This document shows, piece after piece, positions 23,447 to 36,686 of a stretch of 64,000 nucleotides of DNA; position 1 is the stretch's first letter; the number at the start of each line of letters is the position of its first letter. Location: contig NC_043010.1 in assembly GCF_006345805.1 (NCBI RefSeq), positions 50,530,001-50,594,000 on the forward strand. Reading direction: 5' to 3'. This DNA is from Octopus sinensis. Lineage: Eukaryota. Position numbers and translations under genes: made by a program. A model generated the notes under the pieces. The model was given only the letters and a program-made list of their open reading frames with translations. It did no database searches and was not told the origin of the DNA.

Positions 23447-24537
23447 GGCAACAAAGCAGCATTAGATTAAACTTTAATTAACTGGTAACTGGTCAGGTTG
23501 GTAAGTAAGGCATCCAAATTATTTCCCTAAAAAAGCCATTGTTTTGGAACTGGAAAGATAAAGATTACATGTTATTCACTAGTATATTTGTGTATGTGTG
23601 TGTGTGATTTTAAAAGTTTATGTATATATGTATGTATCATCATCATCATCGTTTAACGTCCGTTTTCCATGCTAGCATGGATTGGACGTATGACTGAGGG
23701 CTGGCGAACCAGATGGCTGCACCAGGCTTCAATCTTGATCTGGCAGAGTTTCTACAGCTGGATGCCCTCCCTTCCTAACGCCAACCACTCTGAGAGTGTA
23801 GTGGGTGCTTTTACGTGCCACCGGCACAGGGCCAGTCAGGCGGCACTGGCAACGACCTCACTCGAATCTTTTACACATGCCACCGGCGCGGGTGCCAGTA
23901 AGGCGATCTGGTAACGATCACGCTCGAATGGTGTTTTTTACATGCCACCAGCACGGAGGCCAGATAGCCACTCTGGCAACAATCACGCTCGGATGGTGTT
24001 CTTAATACCCTACTAGCACGGTATGTATGTATGTATATATATTACTCTTATACAAGAATGTTGTTGACAGTGACTTTGAAGTTTCAACCAGCTAAGTTGT
24101 TTTTCAACTAAAGCAGGATGATGGCTTGTATAAGAATAATAAATTTGTACTCTACAAAAGTATAAAGTAACCCGTAATTGATTAATGTAAAATTGTTTAT
24201 ATTTTAACTAAACATAAAAACAAACATTAATATACATGTGTGTGATGTGCAGGAGTGGCTGTGTGTTAAGAAGCTTGTTTCCTAATCACATGGTTCTGGG
24301 TTCAGTTCCACTGCATGGCACCTTGGGCAAGTGTCTTCTGCTATAGCCCCGGGCTGACCAAAACTGTGTGAGTGGATTTGGTAGATAGAAACAGAAAGAA
24401 GCCCATCATATATATATATATATATGCATGTATGTATTTGTTATTTTGTGTCAGTTTGTCCCCAACATCACTATATATATATATACACACACACACATAT
24501 ATATTATTATTTATATACATATGTGTATATATATATA

Positions 24538-24568
<31 letters not shown>

Positions 24569-25521
24569 ATAACATATTTATATATATACATATACAAACA
24601 TATACATATATACAAATTTATATATACCTTTCACTTTGACTTTGTTTCGTAATAGCATTCTGAAAAAATGCATATTTTTGAAATGACATTTTGCCAAAAT
24701 ATGTTTTTGATGTGTACATTTGTAATGAGTAAATACAATTGAGAATTTTTCGGTTGTCTTTTTTTTTTTTTTGTTGGGGAATTTCGGATTGTTCAACCTC
24801 AAACTTACCCCACCACAACTTTGTATCAATTTCGATAACTTGAGCATTTTTCATTTCTAATAATAGAAAGATTTATATATTTGAAACGTTAACTTAAATT
24901 TCATTGGGAAAACACGCCTTTTTTTATTGTCAGAAAGTTATGCAGAATCAAGGCACAAGGCCCGAAATTTGGGGGGAAGGGGGCCAGTCGATTACATCGA
25001 CTCCAGTACAGAACTGGTACTTAATTTATCGATCCCAAAAGGAATGAAAAGCAAAGTCGACCTCGGCGGAATTTGAACTCAGAATGTAATGACAGACGAA
25101 ATACTGCTAAGCATTTCACCCGGTGTGCTAACGTTTCTTATTTCTTTACTACCCACAAGGGGCTACACACAGAGGGGACAAACAGGACAGATAAAGGGAT
25201 TAAGTCGATTACATCGATCCCAGTGTGTAACTGGCACTTAATTTATCTACCCCGAAAGGATGAAAGGCAAAATCGACCTCGGCGGAATCTGAACTCAGAA
25301 CGTAGCGGCAGACGAGATAAGGCTAAGCATTTCGCCCGGCGTGCTTAACGTTTCTGCCAGCTCGCCACCTTTAACAAAGTCAGGGGGCACCAAATTGTAG
25401 TTACACCTGCTCCTGTAAACTTAGTAAAGTGGGCGCTACATATCTAATAAAACAAAGGTTTTTCTTTTTAATTAAAATCAGTGAAGTTCAATAAACTTTA
25501 GGATAATTATTACCAAAATTA

Positions 25522-26447
25522 CTGAGTGGGCGGAATCCCACTTTAGCACACCACTAATAACCTGTCATAACTTTTTAAATATTTTTGGGAATTTTCAGAA
25601 AATTTTTGCATATTTGTGTTTTACAGACGGTAATTCATACGACTATGAAAAAATTGGATCTTTTCGGTTTGAACGGCAGTTTTTTCTAGCGGTGTCATAT
25701 GAAATTGTCACCCATAATTATGACCCTAGTATCGATCTATTGCATTTCAATGTGTTTTAGGGTTAGGGGTGGGGGCAGGGTATCTTTTTTTCTTCAGAAA
25801 TGTAAATAAACCCAATCTGTTTCTTAAATGAGGGACATATTCATACGGCACAATGTTTTTTTTTTACCTTAATGGACGTCATTGATTGGTTGAAATTGCA
25901 GAAATTGAAGAAAAAAAACAACAAACTATAGAATTTTCTCAATAAAGCCAAGAGAAAAAGATGTTTTATAAACACATTCTACCAGTATACGAAGTTTAAA
26001 ATTTTTTAGTTACCTAGAAATTATGTTAAAAACTGCCGTTCAAACCGAAAAGATCCAAAAAAAATTTTTCTCAGGCTTTCGAATATATAAATTTTGTTTT
26101 TTTAATTTTTCGGACTTTTATTTTTATTTAAATTAGTTTACAATACGGACAATTCAAATGTTTTGCTTAATCCCAGCAACACAGTATTAAATGAGTTTAT
26201 GGGGAGAAAAATATTGAAAAACATCAATTAGTGTGACAGAGATGAAGAGGATACCAGATCGTCATGAGATGTGTGAAAAATAACAGCTAAATCGCCCTTA
26301 AATCACACACAAATTTTTTTTTTCTTTTTTTTTGCATATGAATTCCCGTGTGTAGAACACAAGATCGCAAAAGTTTTCTGAAAATTCCCCAAATAAAAAA
26401 AGTTATGAGAGGTTATATGGAGTGCTTAAAGGAGGATTCACCACTAA
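25522..26447. mobile_element. Long-TIR non-autonomous DNA element with nested Merlin-like MITE (25656-26056)
   Basis: About 115-bp imperfect inverted ends (25522-25640 versus 26340-26447). Confidence 0.7.
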
Positions 26448-26602
26448 GTCTAGTCTAATAAAGAGAGACTTTTTTTTATTAAATACAAGATGCAGAAAAA
26501 GGGAGAAGTTAGAAACATATTTGAAGGAACTGCCTATCTTTCTTTCTTTCTTTTTTTTACTCCATTTTCTATTTGTTTTCTGCAAAAGTTCCTCCTACTT
26601 AC

Positions 26603-27420
26603 CGTTTAATTGAACTTTGGACTCTGCGAGACGTTCCAAGAAGTTATTTGTGATTCATTTTGTGGCTTGAATTAAATATGATTAAATGTGAACATTTTAT
26701 TGACGCCTGTTACAGTTCGAGTTTGTATTAATCGGTCCTTTTATTTATTTATTTTTTTTTTGGCTCTCCCAAATATTCTGTAAATTCATTTATTGAGATG
26801 TAGGATCTTACAGGCATGACACCTTTAATAGTTTGTTTATGCCTATAAATGAATTTCTGTTCGTTTTTTTTTTTTTTAATTACGTGAATATATTTGTATG
26901 CGTATTTTAGCTGCATATATTAAATGTAAAAATTTATTTGTGCATATATATAACCAGGTATAATAGGTATACAACCGAATTATTGATGGATAAATATGAG
27001 GTTCTCTGTATACATCAGTGTCTATAAGTATATTTATGTTGATGTAATTCTTTCTTTCTTTCTTTCTCTCGCACACGCACTTCGAGTATATTAATGAGAT
27101 GTGTGTGACTGTGTGATCAATGAAGACATATATTTCAAAACAAGATGGGTTTTTTTTATGAGTTTTTAAGTTAAAATAAAGTTCATTCGTTAAGTAACAA
27201 ACAATTTTCCTACTTTTAAGAAATTTCTACATTGCTTCCATTCTGTATGAGTGTGTTTATAAATATATAACGGCGCATGTTGTAAGCCTTTATGAGTGAT
27301 CGAAGAATCAAATAACAAATATTAAAAATAAAAATGAGATTTTAAGCTTCGGCAAAGAAATACAATAACATTTGTGTAAAAAAAAAGTTATGAGGCGGGC
27401 AATATGCGGTGAATAGGTTA
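26603..27420 (-). promoter_or_regulatory. Candidate non-coding first exon and promoter of the zinc-finger gene
   Basis: Perfect donor CG|gtaagt at 26603 in a repeat-poor, CpG-retaining island about 3 kb upstream of the 23550 acceptor. Confidence 0.4.
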
Positions 27421-27574
27421 AAAGTATCCCTTACAAAATAATGACCAGTAACAGTTGAGTCATACAAGGAACAAACACATTTTAATTTTATCTCAATCTG
27501 TTGCTTAAAACATAATATTGTTGCATTTAGAAAGACTTGTTTTTGTCATTCACAGATTAAACACATAAACTAAT

Positions 27575-27741
27575 GGCGATCCTTCGGTATAGGTACCGTA
27601 AGTGGCTTTGTTTACATTTCTGAAAATAACAGAAACCCTTTTCTCCCACCCCTAACTCTAACCCCCCTCCCACCATATATAGAAAAAAACACTTTGTTGA
27701 AATGTATCCGGTACTTCCGGTACCTATACCGAAGTTACGCC
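27575..27741. mobile_element. MITE with GG...CC termini and 8-bp TSD (Merlin-like)
   Basis: TIR GGCG..CTTCGGTATAGGTACCG.AAGT; perfect TSD aaactaat; internal CCCTAACTCTAACC. Confidence 0.85.
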
Positions 27742-27935
27742 AAACTAATATTTATTCATTACTTTCTTTAAATTTCTTTCACACACTTTCGCTGCAGAAA
27801 TGGCAATTCTTTACAACTCCATGATTTGTTGGGAAGGGGGGGGGGGAATTTTCAGAAAAGTTTTGTGAATTTCTGTTCTGCACACAAGAATTCAAACGAT
27901 TATGAAAAACAACGGTTATCTTTTAAACCCACCAC

Positions 27936-28735
27936 CACTGTCTGGATGTTTTGTTGTCGCCTGTTACATTCTTGTTCCATTTTTTGTTTTCTTTTTTATA
28001 TATACATATAGTGGCGTACGTACACTTTTGGTCTCTTATATATAAGTCCATATATAAATATATATATATAAATTCTGTACGACTCCTTTATTCTTTCTTT
28101 CAGCTCCTTCACACCTTGTTCTTTTCACTTTTTTTTTTCTCACTCACATTTCTTCGCTTTCCCTGCTCTTTTACTCTGTCCCTTTTCTTTTTTCTTTCTT
28201 TCTTATCCCCACCTCGAATTCTTCTATTCCTCTGCCCCTACCTCTCTCTCCTCTCCTTCCACATGACCGGTATTCTGCTTAACCTGACCTTTCTTTCTTG
28301 GTTCGACTATCATCCATGCAACATCTATATTCCTTCCCATGACTTACGTCTCATATGTCCCTGCCATAAGGCTTCACTTCCACACATGCCAGCTTAATTT
28401 AATTCATCCTTAGTCGAAAGACACCTGTTGTTTGTATTTGTGTACCATTTCTCCATTTTTTAGACCTTGTTTTCTTATACATTCACTTGCTTTCTTCCAA
28501 GGAATTTAGTGCTCTTAGCTAAGATTTTCTTGGGGCCTGCCAGATTGGAGCAGTCTCAAGTGTAACCAGCCAAAACTACTGAGAAGATCTGGAACTCGAC
28601 TGAAGATAGAAAACTCCAAATGATCCTTCCTTTTTTTTTCCCCCCAGTCCTTTTTTGTATCATCTAACTGTCCAGATGTTTTGTTGTCACCTGTTACATT
28701 CTTGTTCCATTTTGTTTTCTTTGTTACACACACAC
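27936..28735 (+). mobile_element. Repeat remnant with about 75-bp directly repeated 3' ends, possibly Penelope-like
   Basis: actgtc..gatgttttgttgtc.cctgttacattcttgttccatttt at both ends, each followed by a microsatellite. Class is inference. Confidence 0.4.
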
Positions 28736-29035
28736 ACATATATATATATATATACATACATACATATATATATTTACATATATACATACATACATATATA
28801 TATATATTTACATATATACATACATACACACACACATATATATATGTATATATATATACATATATCTTTCAGTACATCTCAATGCTTCTAAAGGAAACTT
28901 TGTTGACTTTCAATGGAAGTTGAATTTAACGTAATATATATATATATATTTAATGTAGAATAAAATCTTTTCGAAAAAAAATTTTATCAATGGCCAGCAT
29001 ATTAAAAAATACCTTTAAAGGTTAAAATTATAAAC

Positions 29036-29224
29036 AACTTATAAATAAGGGCAAACGAAAAAATTTCTAATGCCAAATATGCCGAAAAATGGACATATTG
29101 TCCATAACCATATAATTTTTCACAATACGCACGTATTGTGAAAAATTATATGGTAATGGACAATATGTCCAATTTTCGGCATATTTGGCATTAGAAATTT
29201 TTTCGTTTGCCCTTATTTATAAGT

Positions 29225-29225
<1 letters not shown>
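29036..29225. repeat. Near-perfect 190-bp palindrome (94-bp arms, 2-nt loop, 2 mismatches)
   Basis: Centre CAATACG-CA-CGTATTG; right end runs into (TA)n. Confidence 0.95.
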
Positions 29226-29255
<30 letters not shown>

Positions 29256-29409
29256 TAGCAGTAATGTTCATCATTGATTGATTGGGTAATTACATTTACT
29301 GTTTCTTGGGAGCCACATTTAAAGTATTATTATATATATAATTTACTCCTCTTGTATGTGTGTATTTTTATAAGAGCAAAATATGTGATAACTGAAGTAG
29401 AAAAAACTC

Positions 29410-30298
29410 AATAGCACCCTGGTAGATAGAGCAATTAAGGATATGAAGAGAAAGCCCCTAGCCCATCAGGAATCACTGCTGAGATGCTTAAAATATCTGG
29501 CAGTGTGGGTTATGGTCTAGTCACCTGTATAGTAAATCAGAAGTCATACCATAGTCAACTGCTACAAAAGTAAAGGTGGTGTTTTAGATAGAAATAACTA
29601 CAGGGGTATTAAATTACTGGATCAGGTGATGAAAGTCATGAAGAGGGTCATAGCCCAACTAATTAGGGAGAGAGTTAGCCTAGATGAGATGCAGTTTGGC
29701 TTTGTGCCAGGTAGAAGCACCACTGATGCTATATTTCTGGTAAGGCAACTGCAGGAGAAATACCTAACCAAAGATAAACCTCTGTACTTGGCTTTTGTTG
29801 ACTTGAAGAAAGCCTTTGACAGGATTCCCTGATCCCTTATCTGGTGGTCAATGCAGAAACTAGGGATAGACGAGTAGTTGGTAAGAGCTGTACAAGTCCT
29901 GTACAGGGATGCTGTCAGTAAGGTGAAGGTTGGCAATGAGTATAGTGAAGAATTTTGGGTAGAAGTAGGGGTTCACCAAGGATCAGTCCTCAGCCCCCTC
30001 TTGTTCATCATAGTCTTCCAGGCAATAACAGAGGAATTCAAGACAGGCTGCCCCTGGGAGCTCTTCTATGCTGATGACCTTGCTCTGATAGCTGAGTCAC
30101 TACCAGAACTAGAGATGAAGTTTCAAGTGTGGAAGCAAGGTCTAAAATTGAAGGGCTTTAGAGTCAATCTAGCAAAAACCAAAGTCCTAGTAATTAGGAA
30201 GGCAGACAAATCACAAACCCCTTCAAGAAGAAGGCCCTACTTGATTTGTAGAAAAGACATAGGTAGAAACTCCATAAGATGTACCTGGTGTAAGCTGG
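29410..30298 (+). mobile_element. Degenerate RTE (BovB-like) reverse transcriptase fragment
   Basis: QFGFVPGRSTTDAIF, AFVDLKKAFD, GVHQGSVLSPLLF, YADD and VNLAKTK motifs, with in-frame stops. Confidence 0.92.
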
Positions 30299-31714
30299 CA
30301 CTCCCTTTAATATAAACCTCAATACTCACCATCCAAAGCATAACCACTCCATCTATACATTTAAAGTAGATTCATCAACAGACTTACGACCACAAAACAC
30401 ATTTAGATATACTGAGTGGTTACTACTACCACACATAGCCATGTCAGACAAAAAAGGATGCGGTTGAAGCCAGAAATTTGAGCTTACAGAACACAGAAGC
30501 AATATTTATATATCACCTGATGCACATAACACACGGAAATGGTTACATAACCAAATACCTGCAAACCTGGAGAACTACATTGCATGGAAACAATTGTAGT
30601 GATTACAAATAAATGTTCCTTTGCGCTCCTTGTTGACTCCAACTTATTCAATTATATATGTGTGTGTGTTAATGCTATCTATTTATACAAATGTAATTCC
30701 ATGTCCCATTTGAGTTATTTCATGCAAATACCATACCTAAAACTTTCCCTATCTTGGATCTGGAACTTGCATTGAATCGTGAAGCTACATGCATCTGTAC
30801 ATGGGTATATATTTGCCTGTATAGAAATCCCTTGACTAGCGCAGGTGTTACGCTCGAAAACCTCCCACGATAGGTGAAAATCCGTGAAGTAAGAAACGGT
30901 ATTGTACATACAGTATATATTTTTTATCATTTTTATAATTTGTATTCTTTTACTCTTTTACTTGTTTCAGTCATTTGACTGTGGTCATGTTGGAGCACCA
31001 CCTTTAGTCGAGCAAATCGACCCCAGGACTTATTCTTTGTAAGCCTAGTACTTATTCTATCGGTCTCTTTTGCCGATCCGCTAAGTTACAGGGACGTAAA
31101 CACACCAGCATTGGTTGTCAAGCAATGTTTGGGGGGGGGGACAAACACACACATACATATATATATATATAGGCACGTAAAAAGCACCCACTACACTAGC
31201 GGAGTGGTTGGCGTTAGGAAGGGCATCCAGCTGTAGAAACTCTGCCAGATCAGACTGGAGCCTGGTGCAGTCCCTGGCTTCCCAGACCCCGGTCGAACCG
31301 TCCAACCCGTGCTAGCACGGAAAACGGACGTTAAACGATGATGATTTATATATATATACACGATGGGTTTCTTTCAGTTTCTGTCTACCAAATCCACTCA
31401 CAAGGCTTTGGTTGGCCTGAGGCCATAGCAGAAGACACTTGCCCAAGATGCCACGCAGTGGCACTGAACCCGGAACCATGTGGTTCGTAAGCAAGCTACT
31501 TATCACACAGCCACTCCTACGCCATGTATATATTTATTTTACACACAAATGCAAAATAATACCACACATTCGCTCCAAAATTTCATTTTCCATACAGTAT
31601 GTGCAATTCTTTGTTTACTCATCTACAGTACACTATGTATTTTCTTTTAATATATTTTAATTAATATCTTATACAGTGCAGTTCTGTACTGTATTCTTAT
31701 TTATTAATTTTTAG

Positions 31715-32910
31715 GCATGAAAATTTTATTCATCAAAGTAAGTACCATTACGATCAACACATTTTTGCCAGTGAGTTACAAGTTTGTTTATTCTGGTAAA
31801 ATAAAAATCTGGAGTCCTGGAGCTGATGAACTCTTTGAAGACACTTTCAGCATCGGTTTGATTATTGAATTCTTTCTCTCACAGGAAACCATCACAGTGC
31901 TTGAAAAAGTTGTAGTCAGTAGGGGACAGGTCTGGGGAATAAGCTGGATGGGGAAGAACTTTGTAACCAAGTTCCCTCAACTTCTGGAGTGTCATTAGTG
32001 AAACATGTGGTCGAGCAGTCATGAAGAATGATTGGCCCTCTTTTGTTGACCAGTCTGGAATGGAGGAGTAGCAGTTTTTCATTCATTTTGGCAATTTCAT
32101 CACAATATGTTTCTCCAGTAACGGTTTTTCTGGATTTTAAGAAGTTATAGTGGATGAGTCCAGCAGTACACAACCAAACAATCCCCCATAACCTTCTTTT
32201 TGAAGAGCTCGGGTTTAGGGATGGTTTTTGGTGCTTCATTTTGGTCCAACCACTGCAAAGAATGTTTTTTATTATAGTACAGAATCCACTTTTCATCACA
32301 AGTTACAATATAGTCATGAAATTGATTTGTCTGGTTATGGAGAAGAAGCGATGAGCAAATTTCATATCTGCACATTTTCTGATTTTCATTCAAACCGTAT
32401 GGCATCCATTTGTTGAGCTTTTTTGATTTTCCAATTGCATGCAAATGGTTGCAGCAGGCAGTTTTCTGGCTAATTTAAAGTTTTTTTTGCCAGTTCTCAA
32501 ATGGTTTTATGTGGATCTTTCTCAGTGACGGTCTTTAGTTGACTGTCATCGATGACTGATGGGCATCCACTATGCTCAGGTCTCCACTGCAAAATCGTTT
32601 AAACCATTTTTGAGCTGACCACTCACTGGTCATTTCCTCACCAAATATTTTATTGATATCACGAGCAGTTTCAGCTGCTTTACATACTCTTTCGAAGTTG
32701 AATAGCAAAATTGCTTGAATATTGTGCTTTGAATGTTCCATTTCAGATGATTATAAAAATGTTAATTTATTGATGCATTTGGACAAGTCCATGTCTGTAT
32801 TATTAGACAATTGCATAAAAAATGTTTAAAAAAAAAATCAAAACTCTACAAAAATCCGGTACAAATTCTTCATCGTTCAAAACGTTGCTTACTTTTTACT
32901 CAACCTGATA
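31715..32910 (-). mobile_element. Decayed DD34D mariner transposon
   Basis: 5' TIR TATCAGGTTGAGTAAAAAGTAA at 32910; frameshifted KW(V)P, TCDEKW, LHD..ARPH and HPAYSPDLSPTDY motifs; 3' TIR not seen. Confidence 0.9.
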
Positions 32911-33384
32911 TTTTATATATATATGTGTGTGTGTTTATGTGCAGGTATGAATGTGCAAAAATATCCTTTCTGCTTATTTTATTTTAGTGTAGCATATCTA
33001 TCTACTGAGTGAAATGTTTAATGAGTAAGCCATTTGAAATAATACACAATCATGCAACCTTGAAATTGTTTACATAATTTATTCTAGAAGAATCCAGAGA
33101 ATTATAGTTATCATTTAAGCTGGTCAACATAAATGTAACGTTCAAAATTGGAAACTGGTTTGGTAAGTGCCAATACATTAAACTCTCAGTCCTGGAGTCA
33201 CTCTGTAACTTCTTCCAATTAATAAACACACACGCATACACACACATATACATAATTACATATATATATATATATGTGCCCCAGCATGGCCACAGCTCAA
33301 GAGCTGAAACTGGAAAACATAAGCATAAACATAATATGAACATAAAAAAATAGACATATACAGTTAGATGGAAACCATGAAGTA

Positions 33385-33621
33385 TCATGCTGAAGCTTCA
33401 CCCAGCAAACGTCTCTGTGCCAGTTCATTATTAGGATTCAACTCAATCAGTTCGTTGCTGGAGACAGCCAAATCTTGAACTGATACACGTCCTCTCTGTT
33501 GCATATACTTTGCTACGGACTGCAATTCATCTCTGGTGATGTAGATGAACTTTCCACGGTCATCCATGACTCCAGTCAAAGTGCCGTCACCAAGGAGACA
33601 CTGCACCCGATCAATTGCTTC
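33385..33621 (-). CDS. DDRGK1: DDRGK1 last coding exon (EAIDRVQ...[17 protein letters not shown]...RGRVSV...GEASA*)
   Basis: Acceptor ttctcag; DDRGK signature; stop at 33385. Confidence 0.97.
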   Translation of the reverse strand, partial: EAIDRVQCLLGDGTLTGVMDDRGKFIYITRDELQSVAKYMQQRGRVSVQDLAVSSNELIELNPNNELAQRRLLGEASA

Positions 33622-36600
33622 CTGAGAAAGAGATCACATTGGACACTTGAAATAGAAACGGTCAACCAATTTTTGAAGAAAGTCGATTTGGGGAAATGAA
33701 GAAACAGAGGAAAGTATGTATGGTATTTCAGTCAATGTGGAGTGAGATTGGGGCTGGAGTAAGGTAATATGACAGTAGTGTAAGATTGTGGTGAGTTGGA
33801 ATGAATTGAATGTGGGTGTGGTTAGGTTGGATGAACCGAGTGTGGAGTTGTAGAAGGGTTGGATGAACTGAGTGTGGGATTGTAATGGAATGGGATGAAG
33901 TGAGTGTAGGATTGGAGTGGTCGTGGTAAAGTTGTATAAAGTGAGTGTAGGATTGGAGTGTGTGGTTGTGGTGAGATTGGACGAAGCTTGAATGGGGTTG
34001 GATGACGTGAGTGAGGGAGGGAGGGACTAGATTGAGGAAGAGTGAAATGAAGGTTTATAATGTTTATAAATCTGCTGTTTAATCTTTGGAAGCAAAAAAC
34101 ATGGTGGCAGCAGTGTCAATTGTAATGTTAATTATTGTGATAATGATGATAGTAATATTCATAGTGAGGGTAGAAAGATCATCATAGAGGTGGTTATATT
34201 GATGATGATGATGATGTAATGAAGAGGTTGGAGCCAGACTTGCTTAATACACAAGGCAGTAATATATTAAGAATCAGAAAGAGCTGTTAACCCTACCTGT
34301 GTTTTTATTGAGAAATGGTGAGCCAAATCTTCCAGCATTACAACTTTGATCTCCTGAAATATGCAATAAAATATTGATTAGTGGCAGGGGAAGAAGTGGG
34401 GAGAGAGGGTTTAGATTTAAGAGTCAGTTTTGTAATAACGAGAAAAGGATAAAAAAAGCAGTCAATTACTGACCCTGGAGAGATGAAAAATACCTCACCC
34501 TGATATCATCTAAAGCAAAGGTTCTCAACCAATTTTTATCTATGGACACCTTTGATTACTATTTTACAGCTATAGTGGACCCACATAGCCATTCAATGTT
34601 TAAAAATTAGTTTTATAGAAACTGCTTTCAAATTTCTTATTTTGTTTTTTGTTTTACATATTAACTTGTGTAGGTTGAACTATGCAAAACATTAGAGAAA
34701 GAAACCCAGCTGTTTCTTGCAAAGCAAAATTTTTCATAGGTTCTTAGAATATTATTGTGGATCCCCAATTTACTATTTTGTTGCGGACCCCACAAGATTT
34801 TATATAGACCATCAGGGGCCACATGGACCCCAGTTGAGAACCCTGATGAGGAGATGAGTCACAGCTATCTTTTGCAGTCAAGCATCCATCATCGATGAGA
34901 TCAAGGAATGTTGAAATCATGTGATCTGGTGGTTTCAGTATTGAAGGTGCAGAGATTTATCTCCCCACCAGCAATATAAACAAGAGTGCATTTTGTACCA
35001 AAAGCCAATATGAGAGTTTCTCTCATGGTATCTACCACAGTATAGCTTGTTCTAATAGAACATCAATGTTTCAGTGGGGATGAGTATTAGCTCTTGGTAT
35101 TAATACTGCCTCTGTCACTAATATATATCTTTTAACAAGCTCACTGGGTAATCGCAACACCAATGCCAGTTCTCGTATTGTTTTTCTATATATTGCTGGT
35201 GCAGAGAGGAGTCCTTGCTATCTCTAGCAGTTCAGCAACCATCACTGACAAGACCAAAGAAGGTGTGGCAGAAACACAGGCACAAAGACACACACATACA
35301 GATATAAATATATATATGCAAGCATGAAAGACAGATGTTAAATGACGATGGTGATGTTGATATACATACATACATATACGGGGGTCTTCTTTCAGTTTCT
35401 GTCTACCAAATCCACTCACAAAACTTAGATTAGCCTAAGGCTATAAAAGGTACTTGCCCAAGATGCCATGCAGTGGGACTGAACCTGGAATCATGTGGTT
35501 CAGAAGCAAGCTTCTTACCACACAGTCACACATTAAATTTAACAACACTCATCATCATCATCATAATCATTTAACATCCATCTTCCATGCATGCATGGAT
35601 AGGATGGTTCACAAGAGCCAGCCAGGTAGGAAAACAACCCTATGCCACTGTGTCTGTTTTAGCAAGGTTTTTACGGCTGGATGCTCTTCCTAACCTAACA
35701 CTATGAGATTAATTTTTTTTTTTTTTAAAGTACTTTCCACATCCCACAATATAACAACTTCTATACCTCTACTCTTCAGACAGTGTTCTGGTTTTCCCAA
35801 AGCTCTACTTACCTTGATGTAATTGATAAATTCTTCCAGCAGAGATTGTGACTGTAAGAAAAGAAGAGAAATATTTAACACCGATTTAACATCTTGGGAC
35901 AAGGCCGGCAAGTTTGGGGGAGGAGGTAAGTCAATTACATTGACCCCAGTGTTCAACTGGTACTTATTTTATCGACCCTAAAGGATGAAAAGCAAAATTG
36001 ACCTCAGTGGAATTTAAACCCAGAATGTAAAGAGGAAAGAAATGCCACTAAGCATTTTGCCTCACAGGCTAACAACTCTGCTAGCTCATCGCCTCAAAAT
36101 CTTATAATAATACTGCTTGTCATTGCATTACTTAGCCCGATGGTAATGCTTTCGTCTGATTAGAGATAAAGTGGTACAAAGAAAAGGAAAGAGAAAAGGA
36201 GGGAGGGAGAGCATCCATGACATGTGGTAGAAGGAATGTTAATTGTAAAGCTTTCACGTAATTAGCTGAAGGAAAAGAGAGAAGGGAGAAAAAGAGGATA
36301 AGACGAAGAATGAGATAGAAAGTGGGAGAAAGATAAAGCCTTTACTTTATTTGATTTCCAATGTGCATTTCTGCTTATTTTTCTTCTTACTTTCCCCTTA
36401 CATTTCCATGTGTAGTTTATATTTTCTTTTTGTAACATATTTCCATTTTATATATATATATTTACTTGGAAATGGATGCATGGCAATCAATTAATAATAA
36501 TAATAATAATATATATATATTTATTTAATCAGCCGAAATTGCGAGGATGATCCGGTTCTTGACTGAAGATTGAAGGCTTCGAATGTCCTGTCCGTGCTTT

Positions 36601-36652
36601 TTGTATCGTCTTCTAAATGTTTTGCGTTCTTGTCCCAGTTTGTATTTTTTTT

Positions 36653-36686
<34 letters not shown>

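Noticed and set aside
30300-30660. Cluster of gtgagt/gtaagt donor-like sites on the minus strand
   Set aside because: Lies in what looks like a repeat 3' end (degenerate CTGATG...GAAA, AATAAA, then TA tract); no coherent exon.
33720-34060. GT-rich degenerate minisatellite in the last DDRGK1 intron
   Set aside because: Low-complexity sequence with no discernible structure beyond loose repeats of about 28 bp.
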